Notes: generated by a model from the sequence alone, not told the origin. A DNA stretch of 64,000 nt from an uncultured Spirochaetota bacterium (GCA_963827275.1 CAWHAA010000009.1:32001-96000); one strand, 5' to 3'; positions 10,300 through 21,044 are shown, counted from the stretch's first letter. Translations and numbers: made by a program.

Positions 10300-10381
10300 T
10301 TACTCTGACCCCCTGACCCCCGACTTTTTACTCTGACACCATATATCTGGCACCAAATTGCCTGTTATTTACTCTGACCCC
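10300..10381 (+). repeat. Cluster of direct TTACTCTGAC(C/A)CC motifs
   Basis: Full copies at 10300-10312, 10328-10340 and 10369-10381; partial CTGACCCC at 10313-10320 and TCTGGCACC at 10346-10354. Confidence 0.85.
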
Positions 10382-10511
10382 GGTTAGAATAAAAAAATTA
10401 TTTGAATTTTTTCATGTGACTTAAAAGATGTACAAATTGTCCAAAAAATAGTATATTAAATAATAAATAATATGTCATATTACAAGGGCTATCAGGAAGT
10501 CTCATGACGTC

Positions 10512-11348
10512 TTGGTGACAGCGTCTTCGGTCATAAAAATACAAATAGATCATACAATCATCGCGCCCAGGAGCAATACTATAAAACGCTATGGCATCAT
10601 ATGCCTTGTGCTCGCCTCGCTTTTTGCTTTCAACACTGAGTCGATATCCCAGGAGGACAGAAAGATCGAACTGAACGCCCAGGGGATCCTGGCGCGCGTC
10701 GACAAGATGTTCGAATATCCGCAGGGGCACCTCAAGGGAATAATGAAGCATATCAGGCCGGACGGGTCGGCCACCACCATCAACGTTAACGGCTGCATCG
10801 CCCAGGAGGATTACCTCTTCACCTTCAGCAGCAGGGAGCGCGGGGACCAGCTCAAGGTGCTCTACAATCTCGGCGGTGAGGACATCTGGGTCTATAACAT
10901 CCACTCGCTGAAGCTGTTCCACAAGCTGAGCATCGACAAGTATGATGAGATCCTCTCAACGAACTTCACGTTTCTGGACATGTCCAACGCGGACTTCCAG
11001 AGCAACTATACCGCCACCATCAGCGGTGATGCCTTCGTCAAGGGTAACGATGTCTGGAAGCTGGTGCTGAAGCCGATCGCCAAGGGCGGCGAGTACGGCC
11101 TGCTCACCCTGTACGTGACCAAGGACCGCTTCATCCCCATCAGGATCGATTACCATGACCGCGATAAGGCGATTTTCAAGTTTATGACGCTGGTCAGGAT
11201 TAAGGAAAACAACGGCCGGATCATCCCCCTCCGGTATGACATGATGAATATCCGCCAGGGAACGGTCACCATCATCAGCTTTAGCGAAATGGAGGACGGG
11301 GCGGTATTTGACAAGGAGATTTTCCGTTCGGAAAAGCTGGGCGGCTGA
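10512..11348 (+). CDS. Outer-membrane lipoprotein-sorting (LolA-like) protein; true start uncertain
   Basis: Signal-like segment, STNFTFLDM, WKLVLKP, IRIDYHD..K pattern. Confidence 0.7.
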   Translation: MVTASSVIKIQIDHTIIAPRSNTIKRYGIICLVLASLFAFNTESISQEDRKIELNAQGILARVDKMFEYPQGHLKGIMKHIRPDGSATTINVNGCIAQEDYLFTFSSRERGDQLKVLYNLGGEDIWVYNIHSLKLFHKLSIDKYDEILSTNFTFLDMSNADFQSNYTATISGDAFVKGNDVWKLVLKPIAKGGEYGLLTLYVTKDRFIPIRIDYHDRDKAIFKFMTLVRIKENNGRIIPLRYDMMNIRQGTVTIISFSEMEDGAVFDKEIFRSEKLGG

Positions 11349-11371
11349 TATATTTCTTTCGGGGACGGTGC

Positions 11372-12101
11372 ATGCCTCAATTCTTCATTACCTCATCGGA
11401 CGTCGTGCATAACAGGTGCCGTATCGGGGGCGAAGATTTTCGCCACCTGGTCACGGTGCGTCGCGCGAAGCCCGGCGACCGCCTCCTGCTCCGCGACGAG
11501 AAGGGCGCCTCGCTCACGGCGCGGATCGCCCGCATTACCGGGGAGTTCATCGAGGCGGATATCCTCGGCGGGGGTGCGCCGCGGCCGCTCCCTGTCGAGA
11601 TCACGCTCTGCATGTGCCTGTTAAAGGGAAAGAACTTCGATTCCGTCCTTGAAAAAGCGGTGGAGGTCGGGGTCACGCGGATCATCCCGGTGGTATCGGA
11701 GCGGACAATCCCCCATCCCGCTGACGAGACGGGGCGGACTGACCGGTGGCGGAGGAAGGCGGAGGAGGCGGCCAAGCAGTCGCTGCGCGAATCGGTCCCG
11801 CGCGTTGAGCGGACCGTCGCGTTCCGCGACCTGATCGTTTCACGCCGCGATCCCGCGCTGATCATCGCCCATCCCGGGGCGGCCCTGCCGATGAAGGAGT
11901 ACCTGCGCGGCAGCGCGGCCCGGCGCGGTGAGCCTCCTGGTGGGGCCCGAGGGGGGCTTCAGCCCGGGGGAGACCGGGGCGGCTGCGGCGGCGGGGTGGA
12001 CGGCGGTCAACCTCGGGTCATCGCACCTGCGGGCCGGCACCGCGGCGACGGTCCTCTGCGGCATCATCATGTACGAGTGGGGAGACGGGGCCCCGGAATA
12101 A
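11372..12101 (+). pseudogene. rsmE: 16S rRNA m3U1498 methyltransferase RsmE, frameshifted near 11920 (probably a sequence error)
   Basis: N-terminal HLVTVRR, EKAVEVGV, EAAKQS. The C-terminal LLVGPEGGFS..LGSSHLRAGTA is in another frame and ends at TAA 12099-12101. Confidence 0.85.
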
Positions 12102-13172
12102 TGGAAAAACAGGTATACACGGCCATTGACGCGAACATCAACCGCGCGCAGGAGGGACTTCGCGTGTGCGAGGACATCATGCGCTTCTGCCTTCACCGGA
12201 CCGATTTCTCCGCGCGCCTCAAGGAGGCGCGCCACCGGGTCGCCGATGCCGCGCGCTCCTTCCCGCCGCACCGTTCCCTGTACGGCCGTGATGTCGGGGC
12301 AGACGCGCAGAAGTTCATCGACCTGGAGGGCGAAAAGACCCGCAACTCTCTCGCCGACATGTTTTCATCGAACCTGCACCGCGCGACCGAGGCAGTCAGG
12401 TCGCTCGAGGAATTCGGGAAGCTCGCGGGGATCGGCGGGGAGGCCTTCCAGTCGATACGTTTCGAGCTGTATGCGCTTGAGCGCGATGCCGTTTCCGCGC
12501 TGCTGCGCCGCGCCGCGGCCGGGCGTTTCAACCGGGGGCTCTACGCGGTGCTCGATTCCGCCTTCGTGCCCGCCGGTGGTTTTTCCGCGGCGGCGGGCGA
12601 CATGATAAAGGGGGGCGCGTCCGTCATACAGCTCAGGATGAAGGCCCCGTCGCAAAATGAGATTCTTGAAACGGCGAAGGAGATCGCGGAACTATGCCGG
12701 CGTGAAAATGTTCTTTTCATCCTTAACGGCCACGCCGACATCGCGCTCCTCGCGGGGGCCGACGGGGTGCACCTGGAGATGAACGACCTCTGCGTTCGCG
12801 ACGTGCGCGGGTTCGTCCCTCCGGATATGATCATCGGCCAGACAATCTTTTCGCCCGACGAGATCGGCCGGGCCGAGCGCGACGGGGCCGACTATATTGT
12901 CGTGGGCCCGGTGTACGCCACTGTCTGGCATACCGATGCCGGCGCCATGGAGTTGCGGGGATCGGGGATCGCGATCATCGCCCGGGCGCACGGGATGACC
13001 TCCCTGCCCGTGGTGGCGACCGGCGGGATCACGCCTGAGAACGCCGGCGCGGTCATGGCCGCGGGCGCCAGCGCCGTGCTGGCCACGACCTTCCTCTTCC
13101 GGGACGGGAACCAGGAAGGAAACTGCAGGGCGCTTGCGGCAGCGATACAATCCTCCGTCCGGCGTCGACTAA
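12101..13172 (+). CDS. thiE: Thiamine-phosphate synthase with an N-terminal helical extension (cyanobacterial-type architecture)
   Basis: AIDANINRAQEGLRVCED, VIQLRMK, ADGVHL, GPVYAT, PVVATGGI. The probable stop TAA 13170-13172 is out of frame (indel). Confidence 0.8.
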
Positions 13173-13411
13173 TGAAGAAGGAACAATCGCCCGGTGCGGC
13201 CCTCGAAGCGATGCGGGAGCTCTGGCGCGCCGCCAGGTCCGCGAAGCTCTCCCGGAGGGATGAACTGCTCGCCGCCGGGTGCGGCATGGCGGCAGTGCGG
13301 CGGGACAGGGCGTTCCGCGCAAGCAGAAAGATGCAGCGGCGGTATGCAGGGATGATACGCCACGTCGAACGGACCATGAACAGGAAACGCGCTCGTGAAA
13401 AAAAGGGATAA
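13172..13411 (+). CDS. Small basic hypothetical protein
   Basis: ATG overlapping TAA (TAATG); 79 aa, Arg-rich. Confidence 0.45.
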   Translation: MKKEQSPGAALEAMRELWRAARSAKLSRRDELLAAGCGMAAVRRDRAFRASRKMQRRYAGMIRHVERTMNRKRAREKKG

Positions 13412-14702
13412 GGGCCTCTGCCTGGCATATGCCGACGCTGATGGCAACGTATGGGATTTCCCCGACCTGGAGCCCGCCTTCCGGACCGGGCGGCGCTTCG
13501 TCAGGGTCGATCCCGCCGAACTGATCCCGCTCCCGTACGGGAGCTATCTCTTTTCGCTGCCCGGCCGCTACCCGGTCTTCTACAATCACAGGAACGGCGA
13601 CTTCAACCATATCGAGGTATCGTACCGCGGCGACGGGGTGACCGCCGCGTCCGCATTTCTCGCGTCCGCGTACCTCAGGACCTATCTTCCCGCGTTTATC
13701 AGGAGAGACGACGCGCCCGTGCTTCCCCTCTGGGCCTATGCCGGCCTCGCCGTCATTGACGGCGATTTTTACGTGCCGGGTATCAGGATCGACGATGACC
13801 CCCGCTCTGACCCGGCGATCCACGAGAATGACGACGAATTGCGGCCGGCGATCACCGCGGAGAAAAAGCGGCATCCCGACAACCGCCTCGTGCGGCAGCT
13901 GGCGCGGTGCGCGACCCGCTACCGCTGCCTGTGCGCCAGGAACTTTTTCCTGGGCAGGCACGAGGCGCCGCTCCCCACGACCATCGCCTGCAACGCCCGG
14001 TGCGCCGGGTGCCTGTCGCTCCAGGAGGAGGGCGCCCCCTTTCCCGCTTCGCAGCCGCGCCTGGATTTCAGCCCCTCGCCGGCGGAGATCGCGCAGGTGA
14101 TCCTGCGCCATTTCTCCCGCGTGGACCGCGCGGTGGCCAGCTTCGGCCAGGGGTGCGAAGGGGAGCCGCTTTTGCGGGCGGACGACCTTGCCGCGGCGGT
14201 ACGCCTGGTGCGCGAGTCAACCGGCGCCGGCACCATCAACATCAATACAAACGGCTCGCGACCGGAGGGAGTGGGCGCGCTCATCGCCGCCGGGATCGAT
14301 TCCATACGGATCAGCCTGAATTCCCCGACGCCGGACTATTACGCGCGCTACCACCGGCCGGTCAATTATTCCTTCGACGACGTGCTTCGCTCGCTCGATG
14401 CCGCCCTGAACGCCGGGATATTCGTGTCGATCAACCTGTTTTTCCTGCCCGGATTCACCGACTCGGAGGCCGAGGTCGGGGCGCTCCGCGGGTTCCTTTC
14501 CCGGTTCCCGGTGAACATGATCCAGACCAGAAACCTGAACCTCGACCCCGACTACTATTTCGACATGATCGGGTTCAGGGATTCGGAGCCGGTCGGTGTC
14601 GCGAACCTCCTGCGCCTGCTCCGTGAAGAAAACCCGGGAATGCGGCTCGGGTATTACAACCCGCCGAAGGAGAAGTTCACCGCCGTCCAAGAAATATCTT
14701 GA
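13395..14702 (+). CDS. Radical SAM protein
   Basis: CNARCAGC (CxxxCxxC), SFGQGCEGEPL, NTNGS. Confidence 0.9.
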   Translation: MKKRDKGLCLAYADADGNVWDFPDLEPAFRTGRRFVRVDPAELIPLPYGSYLFSLPGRYPVFYNHRNGDFNHIEVSYRGDGVTAASAFLASAYLRTYLPAFIRRDDAPVLPLWAYAGLAVIDGDFYVPGIRIDDDPRSDPAIHENDDELRPAITAEKKRHPDNRLVRQLARCATRYRCLCARNFFLGRHEAPLPTTIACNARCAGCLSLQEEGAPFPASQPRLDFSPSPAEIAQVILRHFSRVDRAVASFGQGCEGEPLLRADDLAAAVRLVRESTGAGTININTNGSRPEGVGALIAAGIDSIRISLNSPTPDYYARYHRPVNYSFDDVLRSLDAALNAGIFVSINLFFLPGFTDSEAEVGALRGFLSRFPVNMIQTRNLNLDPDYYFDMIGFRDSEPVGVANLLRLLREENPGMRLGYYNPPKEKFTAVQEIS

Positions 14703-14737
14703 CGAAAAAATATTTCATGCTGTAGATGTTCTTCTGT

Positions 14738-14763
14738 AAGCCCCGGTTCCGCGTGGGGCTTTT
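14738..14763 (+). terminator. Putative intrinsic terminator
   Basis: AAGCCCC...GGGGCTT followed by Ts. Confidence 0.5.
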
Positions 14764-14799
14764 ATTCATTATATAATATGGCCGCTCCCGGAGAAAACA

Positions 14800-15414
14800 A
14801 TGCCTGATACCCTTATACACGCGCTCGTCCTGATGAAGAACTGGGGAGAGGACGGGGAAATTGTTTCGATTTTGAAGAACAATAACCATGTCATTTCGCT
14901 GTTTCACATCATGGGCAAATACAGCTATCTTCTCGACGCGAATTTCGACGACAAGGCCCAGCTCGCCGGCTGGATCAGCTCGATGAAGGCGATCAAGCTG
15001 CCGTCGGGTATGCCCGCGATCATATCATTGCAGACGCAGCGGATCATCGATGTCCACAAGAAGAAGGAGGACTTCACCCTGGCGGACTACCTGGGGATGA
15101 AGGAGCCGTACCATTTTTTCGTCAAGATCGACCACCCGCACCATGATGACGCCCTGATCAGGCTCATGTCAAAGAGCCCGATCGTGCATTCGATCCTGCA
15201 CGTGCAGGGGGAAAATTCGTTCACCATCGAGGTCATTGTCGGCGATTACGGCGAGTACCGGAAGCTCCTGACGGAGATGAAGAAGCTTAAAACCATTCAT
15301 CATATCGAAACGCAGGAAGTGATATCCGTCATAAAGTACCGCAACCAGGTGATCGGCGAGGGCGGCCGGACCGTTACCCGGACGGAAGATATCAGGGAAT
15401 TGTATACGCTGTAG
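14800..15414 (+). CDS. Tandem Lrp/AsnC ligand-binding-like (RAM) domain protein without an HTH
   Basis: Two similar halves: VISLFHIMGKYSYLL and VHSILHVQGENSFTI..IETQEVISVIK. Confidence 0.6.
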   Translation: MPDTLIHALVLMKNWGEDGEIVSILKNNNHVISLFHIMGKYSYLLDANFDDKAQLAGWISSMKAIKLPSGMPAIISLQTQRIIDVHKKKEDFTLADYLGMKEPYHFFVKIDHPHHDDALIRLMSKSPIVHSILHVQGENSFTIEVIVGDYGEYRKLLTEMKKLKTIHHIETQEVISVIKYRNQVIGEGGRTVTRTEDIRELYTL

Positions 15415-15448
15415 GCCCATCGTCTCCGCGGGGGCTTAAGGAGAAGCC

Positions 15449-15862
15449 ATGTCACAGGTGCATACCGTCGAAAATCCGATTGAGTACGCCCGCGAGGTTG
15501 TCGGGAAAGATCCCTTCGCGACGTTTCTCGGCATCGAGGTGGAAGAGGTGCGCGAAGGATATGCCCGGTGCGGTATAACCGTCAAACCCGAATTCATGAA
15601 CGCGGTGGAGCGCGCCCACGGCGCTTTTATCCACGCCCTGTCGGACCAGGCGTTCGCCGTGGCCTGCAACAGCACCGGCGTGATGGCCATCGCGGTGAGC
15701 TTCAATATCAACTATCTCGCCTCCGCGGTGGACGGTGAAAAGATCTTCGCCGAGGCGGTCCCCATCAATATCGGCAGGAAGCTTTCCACCTGGAGCATCC
15801 AGGTGCGGGGGGCGGGGGACAAGCTGATCGCGACCGGGACCGGCACCGCATATCACAAGTAG
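15449..15862 (+). CDS. PaaI-family hotdog-fold thioesterase
   Basis: DPFATFLGIE, AHGAFIHALSDQAFAVACNS. Confidence 0.9.
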   Translation: MSQVHTVENPIEYAREVVGKDPFATFLGIEVEEVREGYARCGITVKPEFMNAVERAHGAFIHALSDQAFAVACNSTGVMAIAVSFNINYLASAVDGEKIFAEAVPINIGRKLSTWSIQVRGAGDKLIATGTGTAYHK

Positions 15863-15913
15863 GGCGCCGCGGTCAAATAAAGTGTTGACAACGCCGTTCC
15901 GTGTCCGATTCTG

Positions 15914-16342
15914 ATGGACATGGCATTTCAATCACGCAGGGAGAATAATGTATTGAGAACGATACTGGCGTCGATGGTCGCGCTGACGGTCGTGCTTACG
16001 GCCTGCGACGTTTTTGTGAGCAAGTCGGATGCCGACCGGCTCAAGGAAAAGGAAAAGTACACCTATACGTTAAAGAAGGATATCGATATAGACGGCAAAA
16101 AGCTGGGCCGGGGCGAACGGGTGAAGATCGTCATCACCGGCGTCAAGGAGTGGATCAAGGTCCATGCCTATCCCGCGCAGTCGGACGCGCTGAAGGCGGA
16201 GCGCTACCTGGTCCTCTATCTCTTTGCCGAAGATTTTCCGGACGGCAGGTTCAGCATGAGCTTTTTCGAAGAGCAGCTTAACGCGGCGGTGGCGGCGGGA
16301 AGCGGGGCCGCGGCGCCGGAAAAGAACAAAAGAAGAAAATAA
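15914..16342 (+). CDS. Putative lipoprotein
   Basis: Lipobox-like LTAC after a hydrophobic stretch. Confidence 0.65.
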   Translation: MDMAFQSRRENNVLRTILASMVALTVVLTACDVFVSKSDADRLKEKEKYTYTLKKDIDIDGKKLGRGERVKIVITGVKEWIKVHAYPAQSDALKAERYLVLYLFAEDFPDGRFSMSFFEEQLNAAVAAGSGAAAPEKNKRRK

Positions 16343-16361
16343 ACCTGGTACGGGTGGAGCC

Positions 16362-17243
16362 ATGTTCGAGGGAGTCTTTACAGCATTAATCACGCCATTC
16401 AGGAACGGGGGCATCGATTACGGGGCCCTGGAAAAGCTGGTGGCATTCCAGATCGAGAACGGGATCGACGGTGTCGTCCCGATGGGGACGACGGGCGAAT
16501 CCCCCACCGTCTCATTCGAGGAGCACAAGGAATTCATCCGGCGGGTCGTGAAGCTGGTGAACGGCAGGGTGAAAGTTATCGCCGGGACCGGGGCCAATTC
16601 CACGGAGGAGGCCATCTGGCTGTCGCGGGAAGCCGAGGAAGCGGGCGTGGACGGCGTGCTCCAGGTCAATCCCTATTATAACAAGCCGACCCAGCGCGGC
16701 CTGATCGCCCATTTCGAGAGCGTGGCAAAATCGATCGGGATCCCCGTGGTCCTGTACAATATACCCGGCCGCACCGGGGTGAATTTTCTCCCGGCGTCGG
16801 TGAACGAGCTGCTGAACCGCGTCGGCAATGTCGTGGCCATGAAGGAGGCCTCGGGCGATATCCAGCAGATGATGGAGCTCTACGAGCTCTGCGGCGGGCG
16901 CCTTACCCTTCTTTCCGGCGACGATAACATCCTCCTTCCCTTCCTCTCGATCGGCGGCAAGGGGGTCATCAGCGTGCTCTCGAACCTCCTCCCGGCCGAC
17001 GTGAAGAAGGTGGTGACCTTGTACAATGAAGGGCGCATCGACGAGGCGCGGAAGCAGTTCTACCGCCTCCTTCCCCTCTGCCGGGCCATGTTCCTCGAGA
17101 CGAACCCCATCCCCGTGAAGGCGGCGATGGCCATGGCCGGGTTCTGCGCCGACGGCCTGCGGCTCCCCCTGGTGCCGCTTGCCGACGACAACAGGGCGAG
17201 GCTCAGGAAGGCGCTCCTGGACTACGGGGTGGCGCTTCCATGA
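16362..17243 (+). CDS. dapA: 4-hydroxy-tetrahydrodipicolinate synthase
   Basis: GTTGESPT, PYYNKP, YNIPGRTG, KEASGD, ETNPIPVK. Confidence 0.97.
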   Translation: MFEGVFTALITPFRNGGIDYGALEKLVAFQIENGIDGVVPMGTTGESPTVSFEEHKEFIRRVVKLVNGRVKVIAGTGANSTEEAIWLSREAEEAGVDGVLQVNPYYNKPTQRGLIAHFESVAKSIGIPVVLYNIPGRTGVNFLPASVNELLNRVGNVVAMKEASGDIQQMMELYELCGGRLTLLSGDDNILLPFLSIGGKGVISVLSNLLPADVKKVVTLYNEGRIDEARKQFYRLLPLCRAMFLETNPIPVKAAMAMAGFCADGLRLPLVPLADDNRARLRKALLDYGVALP

Positions 17244-18034
17244 AAATCGGCATTTGCGGGATATGCGGCAGGATGGGCGTTTCGGTCTTGAAGGTCCTTA
17301 CCGGGCGGGGCCATTCCCTCGGCGCGGCCTTCGACCATGACGGCGCCCCCTCCTTCGGCTGCGACGCCGGGACCCTGGTCCAGGCGGAGAAGATGCATGT
17401 CACGGTCGCCGGCATCAACGCGGACGATGTCGCCAGGACCGACGGCATCATTGATTTTTCCTCGCCGGCGGCGACGGCGCGGCTCATCGGGTTCGCGCTG
17501 GAGAAAAAGAAGCCGCTGGTGATCGGCACCACCGGATTGTCCGATGACGGCAAGCGGGAGATCACGCGGGCGTCGAAGGAAATCCCGGTCATTTTTTCAC
17601 CGAACATGTCGCTGGGCGTGAACATCCTGTTCAAGCTCACCGAGATCGCGTCGCGGGCGCTCACGAACGAGTACGACGTCGAAATTTTAGAGATGCACCA
17701 CCGGTTCAAGAAAGACGCCCCCTCCGGCACCGCGAACCGGCTCCTTGAAATCGTCAGGGAATCCATGCGGGACATGGACGGCGCGAAAGTGGTCACCGGC
17801 CGCGAGGGGATCATCGGCGAGCGGACGAAGAACGAAATCGGCGTCCTGTCGATGAGGGGCGGCGATATCGTGGGCGAGCACACGGTCTTTTTCACCGCCA
17901 TGGGCGAGCGCATCGAGCTGTCCCACCGCGCATCGAGCCGGGACATATTGGCCAGGGGCGCGGTCACCGCAATGGAGTTCCTCGCGGGGAAGCCGGCCGG
18001 CCTCTACTCTATGTATGACGTGCTGGGGTTGTAA
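17240..18034 (+). CDS. dapB: 4-hydroxy-tetrahydrodipicolinate reductase
   Basis: GRMG, IDFS, GTTG, EMHHRFKKDAPSGTA. Confidence 0.97.
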   Translation: MKIGICGICGRMGVSVLKVLTGRGHSLGAAFDHDGAPSFGCDAGTLVQAEKMHVTVAGINADDVARTDGIIDFSSPAATARLIGFALEKKKPLVIGTTGLSDDGKREITRASKEIPVIFSPNMSLGVNILFKLTEIASRALTNEYDVEILEMHHRFKKDAPSGTANRLLEIVRESMRDMDGAKVVTGREGIIGERTKNEIGVLSMRGGDIVGEHTVFFTAMGERIELSHRASSRDILARGAVTAMEFLAGKPAGLYSMYDVLGL

Positions 18035-18987
18035 TGTCAGAAAAAAAAGAACATCCGGCCGACGGGAAAAAGGCCTTCGAGGAAAATCCGTTTAACCCCG
18101 ACAACCGGCGGCCCGAGGACATCGTGCGCCTCTTTTACTCCTACAACGTGCCCATTATCCCCGTGGTTTCAAAGCGGGGGATCCTTCTCGGGATACTCAG
18201 GAAAGACGATGTCGTTTCCGAGCTTTCCGATATCGAGCGCGTCGAACGACTGAAGATCGATGAATTCGTGACCCGGCTCGCCAGGAAGCTCACCCTGGAC
18301 GAGCTGCTTCCCTACGGCGAAATCAAGGAGTTCACCGTCATCAACCTGTTCGGGGAGGTCCAGGGGCGCTGGTCGCGTCTCCAGCTCTTTACCGCTTCCG
18401 AGGCGCCGGAGAAGGCCCCCGTGTCGGCGGAGAGCGAAACGGACCATCAGAAGGAAGAACAGGTGCTGGAATGGATGATATACCTCATCCTGGAGCACAT
18501 CCCGCGCCCCCTGTACGCGCTCAACATAAAGGGAAAGACCATTTTTTACAACAGCCATTTCGAGGACCTCTACCGGCGGCATTTCAAGAAAGACGTTGAT
18601 GTGGAGTTCGTGGAGAAGACCGTCGGCGACGCGGAAAAAAACGAGCTCATGCCCGGCAGGAAAAACGACGAGCTGATGTTCTTTAACGGCGAGCTCGCGC
18701 TGCATTACGAGAAAATCCCGCTCATGAGCAAGCGGAAAAAAGTCGGCTACCTCCTGTTCTGCTCGAAGGAGGCGGACGATGGCGTCGGGTCCCTGATCCC
18801 CGGTGTGGACATTACGGCGAAATCGCTTGATGACATCCTGGGCGCGGCGGAGCGCCTGGTGCTTGTTGACCTCCTGAGGGACAAGAATAACCCTGCCGCC
18901 GTTGCGAAGTCGCTGAAAATCAGCCAGAAATCCCTTGCCCACAAGATAAAAAAGCACGGCATTAAGTGGAAAAAGCAGGGGTCGTGA
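18034..18987 (+). CDS. CBS-like / PAS-like protein with a C-terminal Fis-type HTH
   Basis: IPVVSKRGILLGIL (CBS-like); AERLVL..AVAKSLKISQKSLAHKIKKHGI (Fis HTH). Confidence 0.65.
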   Translation: MSEKKEHPADGKKAFEENPFNPDNRRPEDIVRLFYSYNVPIIPVVSKRGILLGILRKDDVVSELSDIERVERLKIDEFVTRLARKLTLDELLPYGEIKEFTVINLFGEVQGRWSRLQLFTASEAPEKAPVSAESETDHQKEEQVLEWMIYLILEHIPRPLYALNIKGKTIFYNSHFEDLYRRHFKKDVDVEFVEKTVGDAEKNELMPGRKNDELMFFNGELALHYEKIPLMSKRKKVGYLLFCSKEADDGVGSLIPGVDITAKSLDDILGAAERLVLVDLLRDKNNPAAVAKSLKISQKSLAHKIKKHGIKWKKQGS

Positions 18988-19020
18988 CAGGGGCGTTGCA
19001 GTATAATTTTAAAAAATTAC

Positions 19021-19049
19021 TTGAAAGGAAATAATTTATTTAGTATATT
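19021..19049 (+). promoter_or_regulatory. Putative sigma70 promoter upstream of rho
   Basis: TTGAAA-17-TATATT; a second candidate TTGACT-16-TACATT at 19075-19102. Confidence 0.45.
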
Positions 19050-19408
19050 GATTTACGGAAATGATGATTTTTTCTTGACTTAAAGCGGCCGTACCTTACA
19101 TTGTCCGAGTCTGAACAGATCTGGCACCTCCGTACCATCATTAGGTATAATATCCCGGAATACATTGAAGGGCGTTTTAGGGACTTTGCATTAACATCCT
19201 GCATAATAAACAATAACAAGTGCTGATTGACTTTTATTTTCTCAACCGCACTCATTAATATGTAATGAAAATACATAAATAACGACAACATTTTGCAGGT
19301 AAATTTCACTTCCGCCACCGGCCATAGGTGAAAATCGAACTATTTTTTCGTATACATTTCACGAGTAACGAGATTCTGAAAAAAATTAAATAACCACAGG
19401 GAACAGGT

Positions 19409-20797
19409 ATGGCACGAACCACCGAATCCGCAAAATCCAGCAAGGCCGAAAATCAAGAGGTCAACGCAACCGAAATCACAGAGAGCAATGGCGCCGCTCC
19501 GGAGGCTCCTGCCGCCGCTGCGAACGGGAAGACCACCCCGGAAACCTGGCTTGACCTGGGAGAGCTGAAAACCAAGAAGATAAACGATCTGGTCAATATC
19601 GCCAAGGAGATGGGGATTGAGCGGATCTACGGCATGAAAAAGCAGGACCTGATCCTGGAGATACTGAAATCGCAGACGGAGCAGAAGGGGCTCATCTTTT
19701 CGAGCGGTGTCCTTGAAATACTGGCCGATGGATACGGATTTCTCCGCTCGCCGAACTACAACTACCTGCCGGGCCCGGACGACATATACGTGTCCCCCTC
19801 GCAGATCCGCCTGTTCGGCCTGAAGACCGGCGACACCATCGCCGGCCAGATCAGGCCGCCGAAGGACAACGAGCGGTTTTACGCCCTCCTCAGGATCGAG
19901 GCGGTCAATTTCGAGAACCCGGACCAGCTGCAGAAGCGGGTCCTGTTTGACAACCTGACGCCCCTCTACCCGGAGGAGCGGATCAACCTTGAGACCCTTT
20001 CCGAGAACGTGGACATGCGCATCGTCAACATCATCACCCCGATCGGCAAGGGACAGCGGGCGCTTATCGTCGCGCCGCCGCGTACCGGTAAAACCATACT
20101 GCTCCAGAAAATTGCGAACTCCATAACAACGAACCACCCGGAGATCTACCTCATCGTGCTCCTCATCGACGAGCGTCCTGAGGAGGTCACCGATATGCAG
20201 CGCACGGTCAAGGGAGAGGTCATCTCCTCGACCTTCGATGAACCGGCAAGCCGGCACGTGCAGGTAACCGAGATGGTGCTGGAAAAGGCGAAACGCCTGG
20301 TCGAGCACAAGATGGACGTGGTGATCCTGCTCGATTCGATCACCAGGCTGGCGCGCGCCTATAACCAGGTGGTCCCGACCAGCGGGAAGATACTCTCCGG
20401 CGGGGTCGATTCCAACGCCCTGCACCGGCCCAAGCGCTTTTTCGGGGCCGCCCGGAACATAGAGGAGGGCGGGAGCCTTACCATCCTGGCCACGGCCCTC
20501 GTCGATACCGGGAGCCGCATGGACGAGGTCATTTTCGAGGAGTTCAAGGGCACCGGCAACAGCGAGCTGCACCTTGACCGCAAACTCGTGGACCGGCGCA
20601 TATTCCCGGCCATCGACATGAGCCGCTCGGGGACGCGGAAAGAAGAATTATTGCTTGACACGGAAGAGCTGAATAAACTATGGGTCTTGAGGAAGGCCCT
20701 CTCATCCATGAGCGGCACCGAGGCGATGGAGCTCCTTGTCGAGAAGATGAAAGCGACCAAGAACAATAAAGCGTTTTTTAAAGCTATGAATTCGTAA
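19409..20797 (+). CDS. rho: Transcription termination factor Rho
   Basis: [45 protein letters not shown]. Confidence 0.98.
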   Translation: MARTTESAKSSKAENQEVNATEITESNGAAPEAPAAAANGKTTPETWLDLGELKTKKINDLVNIAKEMGIERIYGMKKQDLILEILKSQTEQKGLIFSSGVLEILADGYGFLRSPNYNYLPGPDDIYVSPSQIRLFGLKTGDTIAGQIRPPKDNERFYALLRIEAVNFENPDQLQKRVLFDNLTPLYPEERINLETLSENVDMRIVNIITPIGKGQRALIVAPPRTGKTILLQKIANSITTNHPEIYLIVLLIDERPEEVTDMQRTVKGEVISSTFDEPASRHVQVTEMVLEKAKRLVEHKMDVVILLDSITRLARAYNQVVPTSGKILSGGVDSNALHRPKRFFGAARNIEEGGSLTILATALVDTGSRMDEVIFEEFKGTGNSELHLDRKLVDRRIFPAIDMSRSGTRKEELLLDTEELNKLWVLRKALSSMSGTEAMELLVEKMKATKNNKAFFKAMNS

Positions 20798-20814
20798 GCG
20801 GAGGAATTTTTTCA

Positions 20815-21015
20815 ATGAAGGCGAAGATACATCCGGAATACAAAGAAACAGTAATCAAGTGCGCCTGCGGCAACGAGATAAAGACCAAGTCGACCGCGAA
20901 GGACCTCCACGTGGAAATTTGCTCAAACTGCCATCCCTTCTTCACCAAAAAACAGAAGATCATGGATACGGCGGGCCGGGTCGAGAAATTCAAGAAAAAA
21001 TACAATATCAAGTAG
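20815..21015 (+). CDS. rpmE: 50S ribosomal protein L31 (Zn-binding type)
   Basis: [28 protein letters not shown]. Confidence 0.97.
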   Translation: MKAKIHPEYKETVIKCACGNEIKTKSTAKDLHVEICSNCHPFFTKKQKIMDTAGRVEKFKKKYNIK

Positions 21016-21044
21016 GCCTGGTGCGGCGATCGCGCGTGGAACGG

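Noticed and set aside
10300..10381. Mini CRISPR array
   Set aside because: Repeats are only 13 bp with irregular 15-28 bp spacers, and there are no cas genes in the window.
11372..13411. 679-aa apparent RsmE-ThiE-basic tail fusion
   Set aside because: The real RsmE C-terminus is in another frame, and TAATG junctions at 12099 and 13170 indicate three separate genes joined by indels.
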